Source of the DNA: a virus
Lineage: Duplodnaviria; Caudoviricetes
DNA: 55,232 nucleotides
Direction: 5' to 3' (one strand)
Virus record (IMG/VR): IMGVR_UViG_3300020045_002265
Location: 1 to 55,232 of that record
Shown: positions 19,277 to 28,691 of the stretch, in pieces
How the letters are laid out: the number at the start of each line of letters is the position of its first letter
Position numbering within the stretch: the first letter of the stretch is position 1
Made by a program: the position numbers and the translations under genes
The notes under the pieces: model-generated
Database searches by the model: none
Seen by the model: the letters and a program-made list of their open reading frames with translations, nothing else
What the model was told of the DNA's origin: nothing

Positions 19277-19285
19277 AATTACCTC

Positions 19286-19543
19286 TTATGAAGTTGTGAA
19301 GATTTTGTAACCCCACAAACCTGTTGCTGTAGTTCCAGTCGCCAATACTTTAAGAATTGACACAGGCTCTAATTCACCAGCAGCAATTGGAATTGTACGT
19401 TGTACTCCAGCTTTAGTGATGACGACAATATTACCGGCATTACCTTTACACTTAATTCCGTAACAGACGTTTGCTGCACTATCACTTGGCGTGACTGGGA
19501 ACATATCTCTTGCAATGGAACTATCAATATTACTTCTATACAT
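19286..19543 (-). CDS. head-spike base-like protein (Rcc01079-like), paralog 2
   Basis: VTPSD...AGNIVV...G..RT..IAAGEL.PV.ILKVLATGTTATG motif; 85 aa. Confidence 0.6.
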   Translation of the reverse strand: MYRSNIDSSIARDMFPVTPSDSAANVCYGIKCKGNAGNIVVITKAGVQRTIPIAAGELEPVSILKVLATGTTATGLWGYKIFTTS

Positions 19544-19558
19544 TTTTATTTCTCTTAG

Positions 19559-20695
19559 TTAAATCCCGAACCCAATTCCAATACCCAAAGATATACCAGT
19601 TAAACTACCCGATATCACACCTTGTTGACCTAGTGTAAACTCATAAATATAAACCACACCAGTTGATAATACTTGGTGAATTACTATTGTTACTGTTGGA
19701 TCTTCAGCAGTCCAAAAACCGCTCGGGTCAACAGCAATATCAGCAGAATCATGTACCAGCAAATCACCAGTTACCGGTGTAATCACCAGATTGGCCGTGA
19801 TGTATTGAGGGTTATCAGTCACCGGCATATTCAGTGTGACAATTGAGTACCCATCTGGTGCCCCAACAACCGATGCAGCAGTAGCAGCAGTAGCACCCTG
19901 CGTCAGCGTGTGCGTGTGCGATGCACCCATGAATGGATAAGCTTGGGTGCTCACTGGGGGCGGATAGGTAGCTGTAAGTGCCTTGGGGTCGGTGCCAGCA
20001 GCTATCGTTACCGCAGCGCTTACTGTGCCACCACCTATGACCGGAGTTGTTAAGGTTGCAGCACCAGCCGTAAAGCCAGTAGCGGTGCCAGCGAAAGCAC
20101 CATCGGCAGGGATCGGATTATCTATAGTGTTGATCGTCGCCTCTGACTTCCAAGGATTTCCGGCGAAGTCAATAAGTGTGCCATCTTGCGCACTGACAAT
20201 ATCAGGGAGCACGGTGCCGCTGGTTATCCCGTTGGCATTCCAATCGTGATTAACCGTTGCACTTGTGATTTTTGCGTAGTACAAATCCAAACGACTTGAT
20301 GTTGTTGAAGCGCCACCAATAAGGTTGTATGCGGCTGGCAGCGCCACAACATATCCAAGCTGTGTTATCTGCACATCATTAAGATGGAATCGTGTAACCG
20401 CTCCTACCCTGCTATACCTTACTTTGTTTATATTGCCCGCCACAATACCGCTAGCGGCAGAGCTATAGGCTGTTCCCCCCGCCCTAAATGTTATGACTCC
20501 GGTAGTGAAATTTACCAAAAACCGGTTGTTTGTGTTGGCCGAGTCACCCAATAGGTTTATCTCGCCAGTCGTGCCTCCCGGAACCCTGAATTGAAACTCG
20601 AAGTCCCAGTCGGCGGCAGGAACGGAGACGGAAGGGATTGTAATTCTGTTGCGGCTTCCGCCACTGCCCGCAAGCTGCTCAATATAGTTAGCCAT
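19559..20695 (-). CDS. virion fibre-like protein with N-terminal LamG/ConA-like domain
   Basis: Beta-sandwich N-terminus, Thr/Ala/Gly-rich middle, C-terminal GISLGIGIGFGI. Confidence 0.55.
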   Translation of the reverse strand: MANYIEQLAGSGGSRNRITIPSVSVPAADWDFEFQFRVPGGTTGEINLLGDSANTNNRFLVNFTTGVITFRAGGTAYSSAASGIVAGNINKVRYSRVGAVTRFHLNDVQITQLGYVVALPAAYNLIGGASTTSSRLDLYYAKITSATVNHDWNANGITSGTVLPDIVSAQDGTLIDFAGNPWKSEATINTIDNPIPADGAFAGTATGFTAGAATLTTPVIGGGTVSAAVTIAAGTDPKALTATYPPPVSTQAYPFMGASHTHTLTQGATAATAASVVGAPDGYSIVTLNMPVTDNPQYITANLVITPVTGDLLVHDSADIAVDPSGFWTAEDPTVTIVIHQVLSTGVVYIYEFTLGQQGVISGSLTGISLGIGIGFGI

Positions 20696-20699
20696 CTAT

Positions 20700-22157
20700 T
20701 TATGCTCCTGCGCTATAAGTTGGGAGCAAGCCAATGTGCTCAAGGTTAGTTTGATACGGGCCGGAATTCAATCCTCCACCCGCCAGTCCAATAGTCGGCG
20801 ATCCAGCTTTAAATCGGTAATCACCTGCGTCCATATCGATAAACATTGCGGCAGAGGTAGATATGACAGATAGGGAGTCTGGGTTACTATAACCAAGCGT
20901 AGATTTGGCTCCAGCTACTAGCGCTTTCCAGTTTGTGAAATTATAGCTAGCATCACCAGCACCAAACGCATTAAGCCTACCCTCAAATGCCGTATAGGCG
21001 TTGCGGTTGCTCTCGGTTAAGAGAGTCGTCCAGCCTTGATCGTTGATTTGTATTTGGTTAAGTCCACCAATATGGATGTTATTTCTATTTTTAAAGTCAG
21101 CGAATCCAGATACAACGGTGAGTTTTGTTGTTGGATCATCTGCCCTTAAAACACAGTTCTCAATGATTAATTGCGTTGACTGCTCCAATCCAGCTCCCAT
21201 CTCCGCAACAACCACACCACCACCGCCATCGAATCCTGTATGGTGGAATATGCAGTTTTGTGCGATAGTTTGACCGCAGTGTGCTGTAGCGCCGCCACGA
21301 ACGCCCAAGTAGAACGGGCGTGATCGAGTTTTGAAATGACTGTTGCGAATGGTGGCACCCTTGTATGGCAGTCCTGTGTCGGGGTCAAGAAGGTGATCCT
21401 TGGCAAAATATCCGAAGTCAGCATCCTCAAAGTAGCAGTTTTCAACAATCAAATTGATAGCGCCGTAAGTCTGAATACTGGCGACAAGGTTGGAATCTTC
21501 AGCCGCATTTCTACGGATATCGGAAATTTTACTGTTCCTGATCACCCAATCTTTTGACCCCCACGGGGCTATTCCAGATACGTTTCCTTTGTCGCTGTAT
21601 GAGTCAACTGATTTGGCACAGCAATTTTCAATAGTCCAGCTAACTGACAGTGTACTTGGATCGAGGTTTAAGGTTGCACCGCCAATGGATGCAATTGCTG
21701 CATTCATGCAGTTTTCAAACCGCAACCCATACAAGCTCCAGTAGCTTTTTGCTTGGGTGACTAGCCCCGCGTAAACCCCACCACCATCAATAATCACAGA
21801 GCCTTCGTGCCCTGCTGCCGCCTTTAGCACACAAGGGTGGAATATTGTCCCATTAATCAATGGTGCTGTTGCTGCATAGACTGGGTGCAGGAGTACCTGT
21901 TGCGGCACATAAGGATTGCTTACCGTAAATTCAAAATACCTTCCTGAGTAAACGTGAATCTCCCCTGATGGCTGCAAAACAGACATGGCTTTATTAACTG
22001 TCAAGTATGGATTTGCAAATGTTCCGTTGCCAGTGGTGTCATTGCCGGTTTTCATAACATGCAAAACCTGCGCAGGTGTGTAGGGTGGTTGAATTAGCCC
22101 AGTCTCGGGGTCTCTACTTGCTAAAATTGTAACAAATAATGTTGGTGTGAAAGCCAT
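20700..22157 (-). CDS. pectin-lyase-like parallel beta-helix protein (candidate polysaccharide depolymerase)
   Basis: HV...GND...GT..NPYLTVNKA...G.Y motif, repeated IENC/IRNS beta-helix rungs, DYRFKAGSP.IG C-terminus. Confidence 0.7.
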   Translation of the reverse strand: MAFTPTLFVTILASRDPETGLIQPPYTPAQVLHVMKTGNDTTGNGTFANPYLTVNKAMSVLQPSGEIHVYSGRYFEFTVSNPYVPQQVLLHPVYAATAPLINGTIFHPCVLKAAAGHEGSVIIDGGGVYAGLVTQAKSYWSLYGLRFENCMNAAIASIGGATLNLDPSTLSVSWTIENCCAKSVDSYSDKGNVSGIAPWGSKDWVIRNSKISDIRRNAAEDSNLVASIQTYGAINLIVENCYFEDADFGYFAKDHLLDPDTGLPYKGATIRNSHFKTRSRPFYLGVRGGATAHCGQTIAQNCIFHHTGFDGGGGVVVAEMGAGLEQSTQLIIENCVLRADDPTTKLTVVSGFADFKNRNNIHIGGLNQIQINDQGWTTLLTESNRNAYTAFEGRLNAFGAGDASYNFTNWKALVAGAKSTLGYSNPDSLSVISTSAAMFIDMDAGDYRFKAGSPTIGLAGGGLNSGPYQTNLEHIGLLPTYSAGA

Positions 22158-22663
22158 TATATTTTCACCTCCCCCATGCACCATTTATATTCTTCAGCTC
22201 TGCGAATAACAATTCCTGAGCAATTATTTTCTTTCAATCTACAATCCTTCTTGTTTGCATAGACCCATTTAGTAAGCTCTTTACAAGCACCAACATGATT
22301 CCCGGCATTTAGTTTTTTCATTAATGTAGAATTACCACAAGCACTTACCCCAACATTGAAGCAGAAGGATAAAATAGCAGCATGTTGATATTCAGATTTA
22401 AATGGAACCTTGACATATTTCATCATTCCATCATTATGTTTGATTAAGTCAGCAGCAAATTGCTTAGCACATTCTTCATCAGTAAACTTCTGGCCAAGCT
22501 TTAACTCCGGGCCTGTGTGTCCATAGCAGCTCGTAAGAATTCCTACAGGGTCGATGTATGTTCTATTGACTAAACCCTCATGTGGAGCAATTAAGACTGT
22601 TCCACCAAGGACTAAAGCACTACCAAGGCCTAACCCTATTAATTGTTTTTGTAATTTATTCAT
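22157..22663 (-). CDS. SAR endolysin (GH24 lysozyme)
   Basis: Gly/Ala/Leu-rich N-terminal SAR helix; E-8x-D-5x-T triad (EGLVNRTYIDPVGILT); GHTG, FNVG and RR..E motifs. Confidence 0.92.
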   Translation of the reverse strand: MNKLQKQLIGLGLGSALVLGGTVLIAPHEGLVNRTYIDPVGILTSCYGHTGPELKLGQKFTDEECAKQFAADLIKHNDGMMKYVKVPFKSEYQHAAILSFCFNVGVSACGNSTLMKKLNAGNHVGACKELTKWVYANKKDCRLKENNCSGIVIRRAEEYKWCMGEVKI

Positions 22664-23091
22664 TTGATATAACCCTTGGTTGTCTTATATAATGACCACA
22701 ACCACTGAGGGGATAATCTCCAAGTACGCTCAGTCATTCCTAAATAAAGTGCAACCAACTCAGAACAAAAATATGACTCTTTATCTGACAAGTTCTTTCT
22801 GAGAGCTAATGACAAAATACCGAGTGGATCATATTTCTTACCCACTTGTTCTCTTGCCCATGACATTGCTGAATCCTTATCCTTAATTGGCATATCTACA
22901 ATCACATAGTGATCATAGTGTTGTTTCCACTCACCGAAAGGTATACGTCTAACCCCACTAGCCAGTGTACTATCAATAACAAAACTCCCATCTATAATTC
23001 CACAATGGCTCCAGTGAGAGAGTGTGAATAATTTAATAAGAAAGGAGAATGGTTTATTGTTAGTAGCAAACACTATTTTAGCAGTTTGCAT
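22660..23091 (-). CDS. permuted papain-like NlpC/P60 (YiiX-type) enzyme
   Basis: WSHCGI...GKKYD...YFCSELVA, with the catalytic His preceding the Cys. Confidence 0.8.
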   Translation of the reverse strand: MQTAKIVFATNNKPFSFLIKLFTLSHWSHCGIIDGSFVIDSTLASGVRRIPFGEWKQHYDHYVIVDMPIKDKDSAMSWAREQVGKKYDPLGILSLALRKNLSDKESYFCSELVALYLGMTERTWRLSPQWLWSLYKTTKGYIK

Positions 23092-23103
23092 TACTTTATT
23101 TTC

Positions 23104-23373
23104 CTAGTACAAATTTTTATCAAGGGTGTACTCAAGTTGTTTGGCATCCACCATATTAGCGATTCTAATTAGCCTCTCTGATTTCTCTGGTGAGAGACGA
23201 ATTGCTTCAACAAGCTTACTTTTTAATTTTGGAGGTAGGTGTACATTCAAAGCATCGTCAATGCCATAACTGATCACCTCAGCCTCTTTAACTTCAACCA
23301 CCAAACTCAATTGGTCAACTAAAGTTGTAATTTTTCTACTCTTTGACATATTATGCATACTCTGGATGATCAA
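23104..23373 (-). CDS. hypothetical protein
   Basis: ORF in the late operon; the true start may be the ATG at 23349. Confidence 0.55.
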   Translation of the reverse strand: MIIQSMHNMSKSRKITTLVDQLSLVVEVKEAEVISYGIDDALNVHLPPKLKSKLVEAIRLSPEKSERLIRIANMVDAKQLEYTLDKNLY

Positions 23374-23956
23374 TTAAGAATTGACCAACTGTTGAATAAC
23401 CTTTACCGCCATTAGCAGCCATTTCGATTTCCGTTGGTACGGTAGGAAGGCCAAATATAACTCTTGATTCTGGAAGTAATTCATTAGACCAAACAGGAGG
23501 GCAAAGAATTTCTGTGGCTCTGCCGGTGGCAATTAAACCTAAAGCTTCAAGAGCTTGTGTTCCTGCCACTGTTTCAGGTCTATCAAGATGAACATAGGCT
23601 GTGGCCATAATATCATCTTGAGCTACCGCAACAGACAACCATTGTTCCTCTGTTAAGAGTAAGTTGAGACCTAGAGAAGCTTTCTTTATTGCTCTCTTCT
23701 CTGCTGCTGTAAAACGATTACGGTAAGCGTACTTGGTAATTATTCTTCCAAAGGTTGGTGAGGTGTCTGGAGGAGGTAGGAATTCACCTCCTTGATAAAG
23801 CCAACCTGTGGTTACACCCATGTCAACCTGAAACTGCTCCAATTGAATATATTCTGGATCTGGATTACCACCAAAGAAATCAGTTCTCCATGTGGGTGGC
23901 CAATTAGAAACACCACCCACAACATAATTAGATACGTAAACAACTCTTACTGTCAT
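23351..23956 (-). CDS. putative tail-fibre assembly/chaperone-like protein
   Basis: GWLY.GGEF.PPP and ITK.A.R.RFT.AE...I motifs; lies downstream of the fibre genes. Confidence 0.55.
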   Translation of the reverse strand: MTVRVVYVSNYVVGGVSNWPPTWRTDFFGGNPDPEYIQLEQFQVDMGVTTGWLYQGGEFLPPPDTSPTFGRIITKYAYRNRFTAAEKRAIKKASLGLNLLLTEEQWLSVAVAQDDIMATAYVHLDRPETVAGTQALEALGLIATGRATEILCPPVWSNELLPESRVIFGLPTVPTEIEMAANGGKGYSTVGQFLIDHPEYA

Positions 23957-23958
23957 TA

Positions 23959-24879
23959 TTAAGTCCCCACATACCAATCAACTACAGACTGTAGGAACTG
24001 GTCAAAGTCTGCTCTGTACACGTAACCAAAACAAGATTGTGATGCACTTGTTCCACCATCTACCAAGCCTAGAAATAATTTGTCATTGTCACACACAACC
24101 AAACCTCTAACAGCATTGAAGCTACTTACATCTACCTTATCTGTAAAACTAACATCAGCAAGACGAAGACCCCTCACTATTCCAGTAGATTGGGAAATTA
24201 CCTCAAAAAAATGTGTTGAAGATGTACCAACTGCTGCTCCCATTGAGTTAAAAGGGGCAATGGCAATTGTTCCATCAGATGTCACATAATAAGTATTTAT
24301 CAGTGAGTAACTACCCAGTGTTACAGCAACATCTTGTGACACTATAGCCCCAGTTGTCTTATTTAAAGTGTGTTCAAACCCACGGTAATATATCTTTAAG
24401 CCACCAGCACCATTATCCACAATAGAAGTGAATTCAGAAGGCCAATTGTTGGCAGTTGCTGGCGTGAATGCAGCTCCAATAGTAGTAACTGCTCCAGAGG
24501 CATCGTTAACTTTTATTAAGCGATATTGTGGTGATTCAAATAACAGTAAGTATAAGCACTGATCTGCTGTACTTAGGTAAGCAGACACCGCATTTGAGCT
24601 AGTTAAGTAGGTTGTGAAAAGTACGGTGGTAAGTAGGGAGGATACACCAGAAGAACTAACTGAATATAATCCCACTTCAGAGTATGTGCTGTTGAAAACA
24701 AAATAGTTATTTGCTACAGCAGTTCTCCACACAGGCATATTAGTGACGCCGTTTGTAGTATTAAAGCTCGATATTTTTTCGGGATTTGTTTTATTTATTA
24801 GGGGGATATTTTTTAACTTGTAGAAAGGGCTGTTCCCCCCATTACCACCACCATTAGTATTGAAATAAGTTGTGCTCAC
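23959..24879 (-). CDS. putative receptor-binding/tail-fibre protein
   Basis: Beta-rich, Ser/Thr-rich; located after the baseplate genes. Confidence 0.5.
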   Translation of the reverse strand: MSTTYFNTNGGGNGGNSPFYKLKNIPLINKTNPEKISSFNTTNGVTNMPVWRTAVANNYFVFNSTYSEVGLYSVSSSGVSSLLTTVLFTTYLTSSNAVSAYLSTADQCLYLLLFESPQYRLIKVNDASGAVTTIGAAFTPATANNWPSEFTSIVDNGAGGLKIYYRGFEHTLNKTTGAIVSQDVAVTLGSYSLINTYYVTSDGTIAIAPFNSMGAAVGTSSTHFFEVISQSTGIVRGLRLADVSFTDKVDVSSFNAVRGLVVCDNDKLFLGLVDGGTSASQSCFGYVYRADFDQFLQSVVDWYVGT

Positions 24880-24882
24880 GTA

Positions 24883-25533
24883 TTATCCCCTTGTGAATCC
24901 ATCAACACGTACGGCCAACTGCCCCACTATATTTGATGTTCTAATAATTAATTTATCTGTGGATGACAGAGCTAGGCCTTCTCTTGAGAATCCTGTTGTC
25001 CCATTTTTTCTTAAAGTCTCTTTTTGTAGTAAATAACCACCAGCTACGTCTGTTGTAGTAACATATACTTCCACACTTACTAAATCTGAAGCAGTCCCTT
25101 CAGGAATGGAACATGTCACATCCACTGTAGTTGCTTTAGCTGCTGAGTTTGGAAACACTGTTGTGTCTGTGTTAGTTGTAATTAAAGTTGAAGATGAAAT
25201 GCAATCACCTGCCGAGTCTTCTTCAATACCGTTCACCACAACATTAACGCCAGCTACATCTGTTTTATAACAAAGCCATTCTGTTGGCTTCATAATTAAT
25301 CCAATACGCTCGTATCCAATTGTACTGATACTAATTGTATCGTGTTGAATTACATAGTCCGCTGCTGGCGTAGATGTTGGACTGATGTAAAGCAGGACTG
25401 TTGCAGTTGTGCCTGAGTTATTAACTACAGTCACATTCACTTTACCCACTTTACCACTTGGAGCTTGATACACAGCTTGTGTAACAGCTCCTGCTGATTT
25501 GTGACTTGCTAATCTTCCTAAAACGGTTGCCAT
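24883..25533 (-). CDS. tail-fibre-associated protein with two internal repeat domains
   Basis: The two halves align (GYERIGLIMKPTE...VVVNGIE / GFSREGLALSSTD...VRVDGF). Confidence 0.6.
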   Translation of the reverse strand: MATVLGRLASHKSAGAVTQAVYQAPSGKVGKVNVTVVNNSGTTATVLLYISPTSTPAADYVIQHDTISISTIGYERIGLIMKPTEWLCYKTDVAGVNVVVNGIEEDSAGDCISSSTLITTNTDTTVFPNSAAKATTVDVTCSIPEGTASDLVSVEVYVTTTDVAGGYLLQKETLRKNGTTGFSREGLALSSTDKLIIRTSNIVGQLAVRVDGFTRG

Positions 25534-25546
25534 TTATTTCTCCTGA

Positions 25547-25828
25547 TTACCATTTACTAAAGAAAAGTAAATCAGCATTTTGATTTTTATCTTGAATTGC
25601 TAACATTTGTGCTTTTAGTGCATCCACTTCTTGGTCGTGCCAAGCTGTCCATTGATATTGTAATCTGTGAAGCCAGTTAAAATATTCTCTTGGTGGAGCC
25701 TCACCATAATCCCAACCATAATCTTTGTGGTCTGTGTCGGGTGTCTGTACGTTGAGTGCTCCAAGAGGGCCATTGCCTATATCTAGTTTGGCAAATTCTG
25801 GTAACACCACTGGTTTTGTAAAAGGCAT
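25547..25828 (-). CDS. short tail-fibre anchor/adaptor
   Basis: GW.YGEAPPREYFNWL motif typical of myovirus fibre N-termini; only 93 aa. Confidence 0.6.
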   Translation of the reverse strand: MPFTKPVVLPEFAKLDIGNGPLGALNVQTPDTDHKDYGWDYGEAPPREYFNWLHRLQYQWTAWHDQEVDALKAQMLAIQDKNQNADLLFFSKW

Positions 25829-25840
25829 GTATACCCCTAA

Positions 25841-26407
25841 TTAAAATATGCTCGTATATCGGCCAATAAACTTACCACCACTACTATCCTCTGTACTACC
25901 AAATCCAATACCAATACCACCCTCAAAGGAGAATACTGGATCGGCGTCGATTGAAGAGGTGAAGGAAGCTGTGACTGTTACTGGAAGTGCTTTTGTTAAA
26001 GTTGTTACTTGTTCTATTGTAGGAGTACCAACATCTGAGAAGAGGGAAACACCAGCAGGGAATTCTTCAGTTAGTGTTGCAGTATCACTTTCAAGAAGCA
26101 ATCTCCACAACTGTAATACTGTTTTATATTGGCCTTCCCCAGCATTGAGTATTTTCTGAATCTTTAATACTTTTCTATACTCTGTGTCATCCAGTCCTTC
26201 TCTCTTCTTCCCTAGGTGTTCACCAAGACCATCTAATTGGACACCTACAGCAACATCTAAATTTTTCTGATCAATTATGTCTTGGATACAATCTTCGATT
26301 TCTTGTACCTCTTCCAAACCAATCCTAATTACTTCTCTAAATATTGGAGAATTAAAGAATTGAGATGGTATGGTACTAAGACCTCTTTCTACATGATCAA
26401 TTGGCAT
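25841..26407 (-). CDS. baseplate wedge protein (DUF2612-like)
   Basis: AVGVQLD.LG..LG..R.GL.D.EYR motif; follows the baseplate J gene. Confidence 0.75.
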   Translation of the reverse strand: MPIDHVERGLSTIPSQFFNSPIFREVIRIGLEEVQEIEDCIQDIIDQKNLDVAVGVQLDGLGEHLGKKREGLDDTEYRKVLKIQKILNAGEGQYKTVLQLWRLLLESDTATLTEEFPAGVSLFSDVGTPTIEQVTTLTKALPVTVTASFTSSIDADPVFSFEGGIGIGFGSTEDSSGGKFIGRYTSIF

Positions 26408-26410
26408 GGA

Positions 26411-27850
26411 TTACACCTCGTTAACAACAATACGAGTAATATCAAAACTACTACGTTCTGTTCTACCGATAGGAATGGTAGTTGTTACAAAAGGAGTCCA
26501 AGTAATTTCATCAAGAGAGCTTGATAAACGTACATCGATTCTGTCAATACCTTGAACAGCTGCGTAAATACCACCCTTGAATCTGCCGGGTATTACATCA
26601 ACACCAATGTTAAGACTATCACCATAAGCCAGAGCTGCCTCTTTAATACCTTGTTCGCCTGTAGACGCAAAGGGTTCTTCTGGGTATCTTGTGTAATCAA
26701 TTTCCATTCTGATATATTTAATCACAGGCCTAGAAAATTCAACTGCTTGCGGATCTCCATTTGAATCTATAATTGTTCTGCTGATGGCTCCGGTGGTCTC
26801 GATACCTACTGGGTGATATTCCCAAATAGTTTCTGCAATTTGTTGCTCATCTCCACCCTCAACAACAACCTCAAATGATTTTGGAGGTCTACCGTCAACA
26901 TCTGTTACAAATGTTCTGTTGGCAATAATGAATGCAGCTGTCACACCATCAAGGTTACGAACATTAGCTATAATTGCTTGCTCTGTGGCTGCTCCAATGA
27001 TTGATACAGACTCATAACGTCTAACACGTAGTTCCTCATCTGTTTCCTCTAAACGACCTTCTGTGGCTGCTTCTAGGTTGGTTACAGAAGTAACTCCAGA
27101 GATAGGTACAAGAAGATTAGTCAGAGTATTGACTGGTGCTTTAATTTCGCCAAAGTTTATTGCAGTAACTTGAACAAGATCACTGACACTGGTAACTCCA
27201 ATACGGGCACCGACAACCAAACTATAAACTGAATTATTTTCTGTTACGTTAACTCTCAACGTAGTGGAAGTAGGTAAGCTTGTTGTGACCCCGGAGACAT
27301 CACTGTCAATCTCTGCTTTAAGTGCTACAAGAATACTATTTGCACTTGCACCAACACCACTGTTAATTGACACAGTGACACCATCAATGGTGAGTGTATA
27401 AACTGTACTATCAACTACTGAAGTAATTTCAAAAACAACATCACTAAAACGGGTATTGGTTAGGGTAAGATTACTAGCTACTGTAAATCTCTCATTAGTG
27501 TCACTTACACTTACAACAGTGTCAGCTGGGATAACTGTTCCCACCAATCCAGTAACTTGTAGTTGTGTAAATGATTGTGTAGCTTCAATTCTTTGAACAT
27601 TTACGATATCAGCAACATAATCTAAACTGGTTGCATAAGCACTAAGTGGGTAGGAGGCATCGTATGCTCCTTGTGTTCCGCCCCAAGCATCGCTCAATTC
27701 TTCCGCCCAAATATTAAAGATAATGTTGATTGCATTATTGCTCACATCATCCCATAAAGGATCAATCCTTGTTTTTAACTTGGACTGCATATTCTCATAA
27801 ATTTCTTGGCGGGTCTTGATAACCAACCCAGCACTTGTTAAACCAGCCAT
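26411..27850 (-). CDS. baseplate J-like wedge protein
   Basis: ETDEELRVR, V.GV..A and PPKSFEVVVEGG motifs. Confidence 0.9.
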   Translation of the reverse strand: MAGLTSAGLVIKTRQEIYENMQSKLKTRIDPLWDDVSNNAINIIFNIWAEELSDAWGGTQGAYDASYPLSAYATSLDYVADIVNVQRIEATQSFTQLQVTGLVGTVIPADTVVSVSDTNERFTVASNLTLTNTRFSDVVFEITSVVDSTVYTLTIDGVTVSINSGVGASANSILVALKAEIDSDVSGVTTSLPTSTTLRVNVTENNSVYSLVVGARIGVTSVSDLVQVTAINFGEIKAPVNTLTNLLVPISGVTSVTNLEAATEGRLEETDEELRVRRYESVSIIGAATEQAIIANVRNLDGVTAAFIIANRTFVTDVDGRPPKSFEVVVEGGDEQQIAETIWEYHPVGIETTGAISRTIIDSNGDPQAVEFSRPVIKYIRMEIDYTRYPEEPFASTGEQGIKEAALAYGDSLNIGVDVIPGRFKGGIYAAVQGIDRIDVRLSSSLDEITWTPFVTTTIPIGRTERSSFDITRIVVNEV

Positions 27851-27861
27851 GTATTCTCTCT

Positions 27862-28224
27862 TTAAACGTCAAAAGACAAACTGAGGATATCGCCACTGTC
27901 TGTGATGACTTTAGCATTAATATTGAGTTGTCTTGTGGAGGGATTGAATGTAGATGAGTAGGAAATTAAATCCCTCACTCCAGACTCATTCGCTATTTGT
28001 GTTCTGAAAATATCATCGATATCTTCCAGATCAATACCCTTAATAAATATTTCTTGGTAGTACGGAATCCCATAATTTAAATTATGAATCCACTCACCTT
28101 TAAAGAATAACAACTTCACTTTCAGTCGCTGAACTATCTCATCTTCTTTTGTGGTTGTTATTGCAAATGTAAAATTCTCTATCACCAGATCGTGAGTAAT
28201 AGGGTCTAACTTTAAATCGATCAT
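27862..28224 (-). CDS. baseplate wedge/sheath initiator (gp25/gp46-like)
   Basis: QRL...L..FKGEW...YGIPY motif. Confidence 0.8.
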   Translation of the reverse strand: MIDLKLDPITHDLVIENFTFAITTTKEDEIVQRLKVKLLFFKGEWIHNLNYGIPYYQEIFIKGIDLEDIDDIFRTQIANESGVRDLISYSSTFNPSTRQLNINAKVITDSGDILSLSFDV

Positions 28225-28691
28225 GATACTGTCTCAAATTGTGGTGGAAGTGGGTTTGGGTATATCACTGTCCAGATAATTGTCTTAGCAACATTCTCAA
28301 TGTTAGTAATAAAATTTAAGTAGTATGGTTGGGAGTCCGTTGTTGTGTAACTGGCATTTATAGCTGCTGTGAATGCTCCAACTTTAGATGAAGCATTATT
28401 GCTCACAGAGACAGCTCCTCCAGCCGGTATTAGGAAACATGTTGCCCAATAATCAGCAAGTGCTTGACCAAACTCCACATCGGTTATGAAATCATCGCCT
28501 GTTGATAAGATAGATGAGAGGATACCCTCATCTTCTGTTCCAGAAGCAGCTCCAGCCACAACACCTGCTTGGGAGTAGGATTTATATGCGGAGGCAAAAG
28601 CAGTTGCAAAATTACCAGACGGGTATGTGTCGATATAACTTGTGATGGCTGCATTGATAGCAGAAGCACAGGAAGAGGGGTTTAAACTCAT
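28221..28691 (-). CDS. hypothetical baseplate-region protein
   Basis: Ala/Ser-rich ORF coupled to the wedge gene. Confidence 0.6.
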   Translation of the reverse strand: MSLNPSSCASAINAAITSYIDTYPSGNFATAFASAYKSYSQAGVVAGAASGTEDEGILSSILSTGDDFITDVEFGQALADYWATCFLIPAGGAVSVSNNASSKVGAFTAAINASYTTTDSQPYYLNFITNIENVAKTIIWTVIYPNPLPPQFETVS

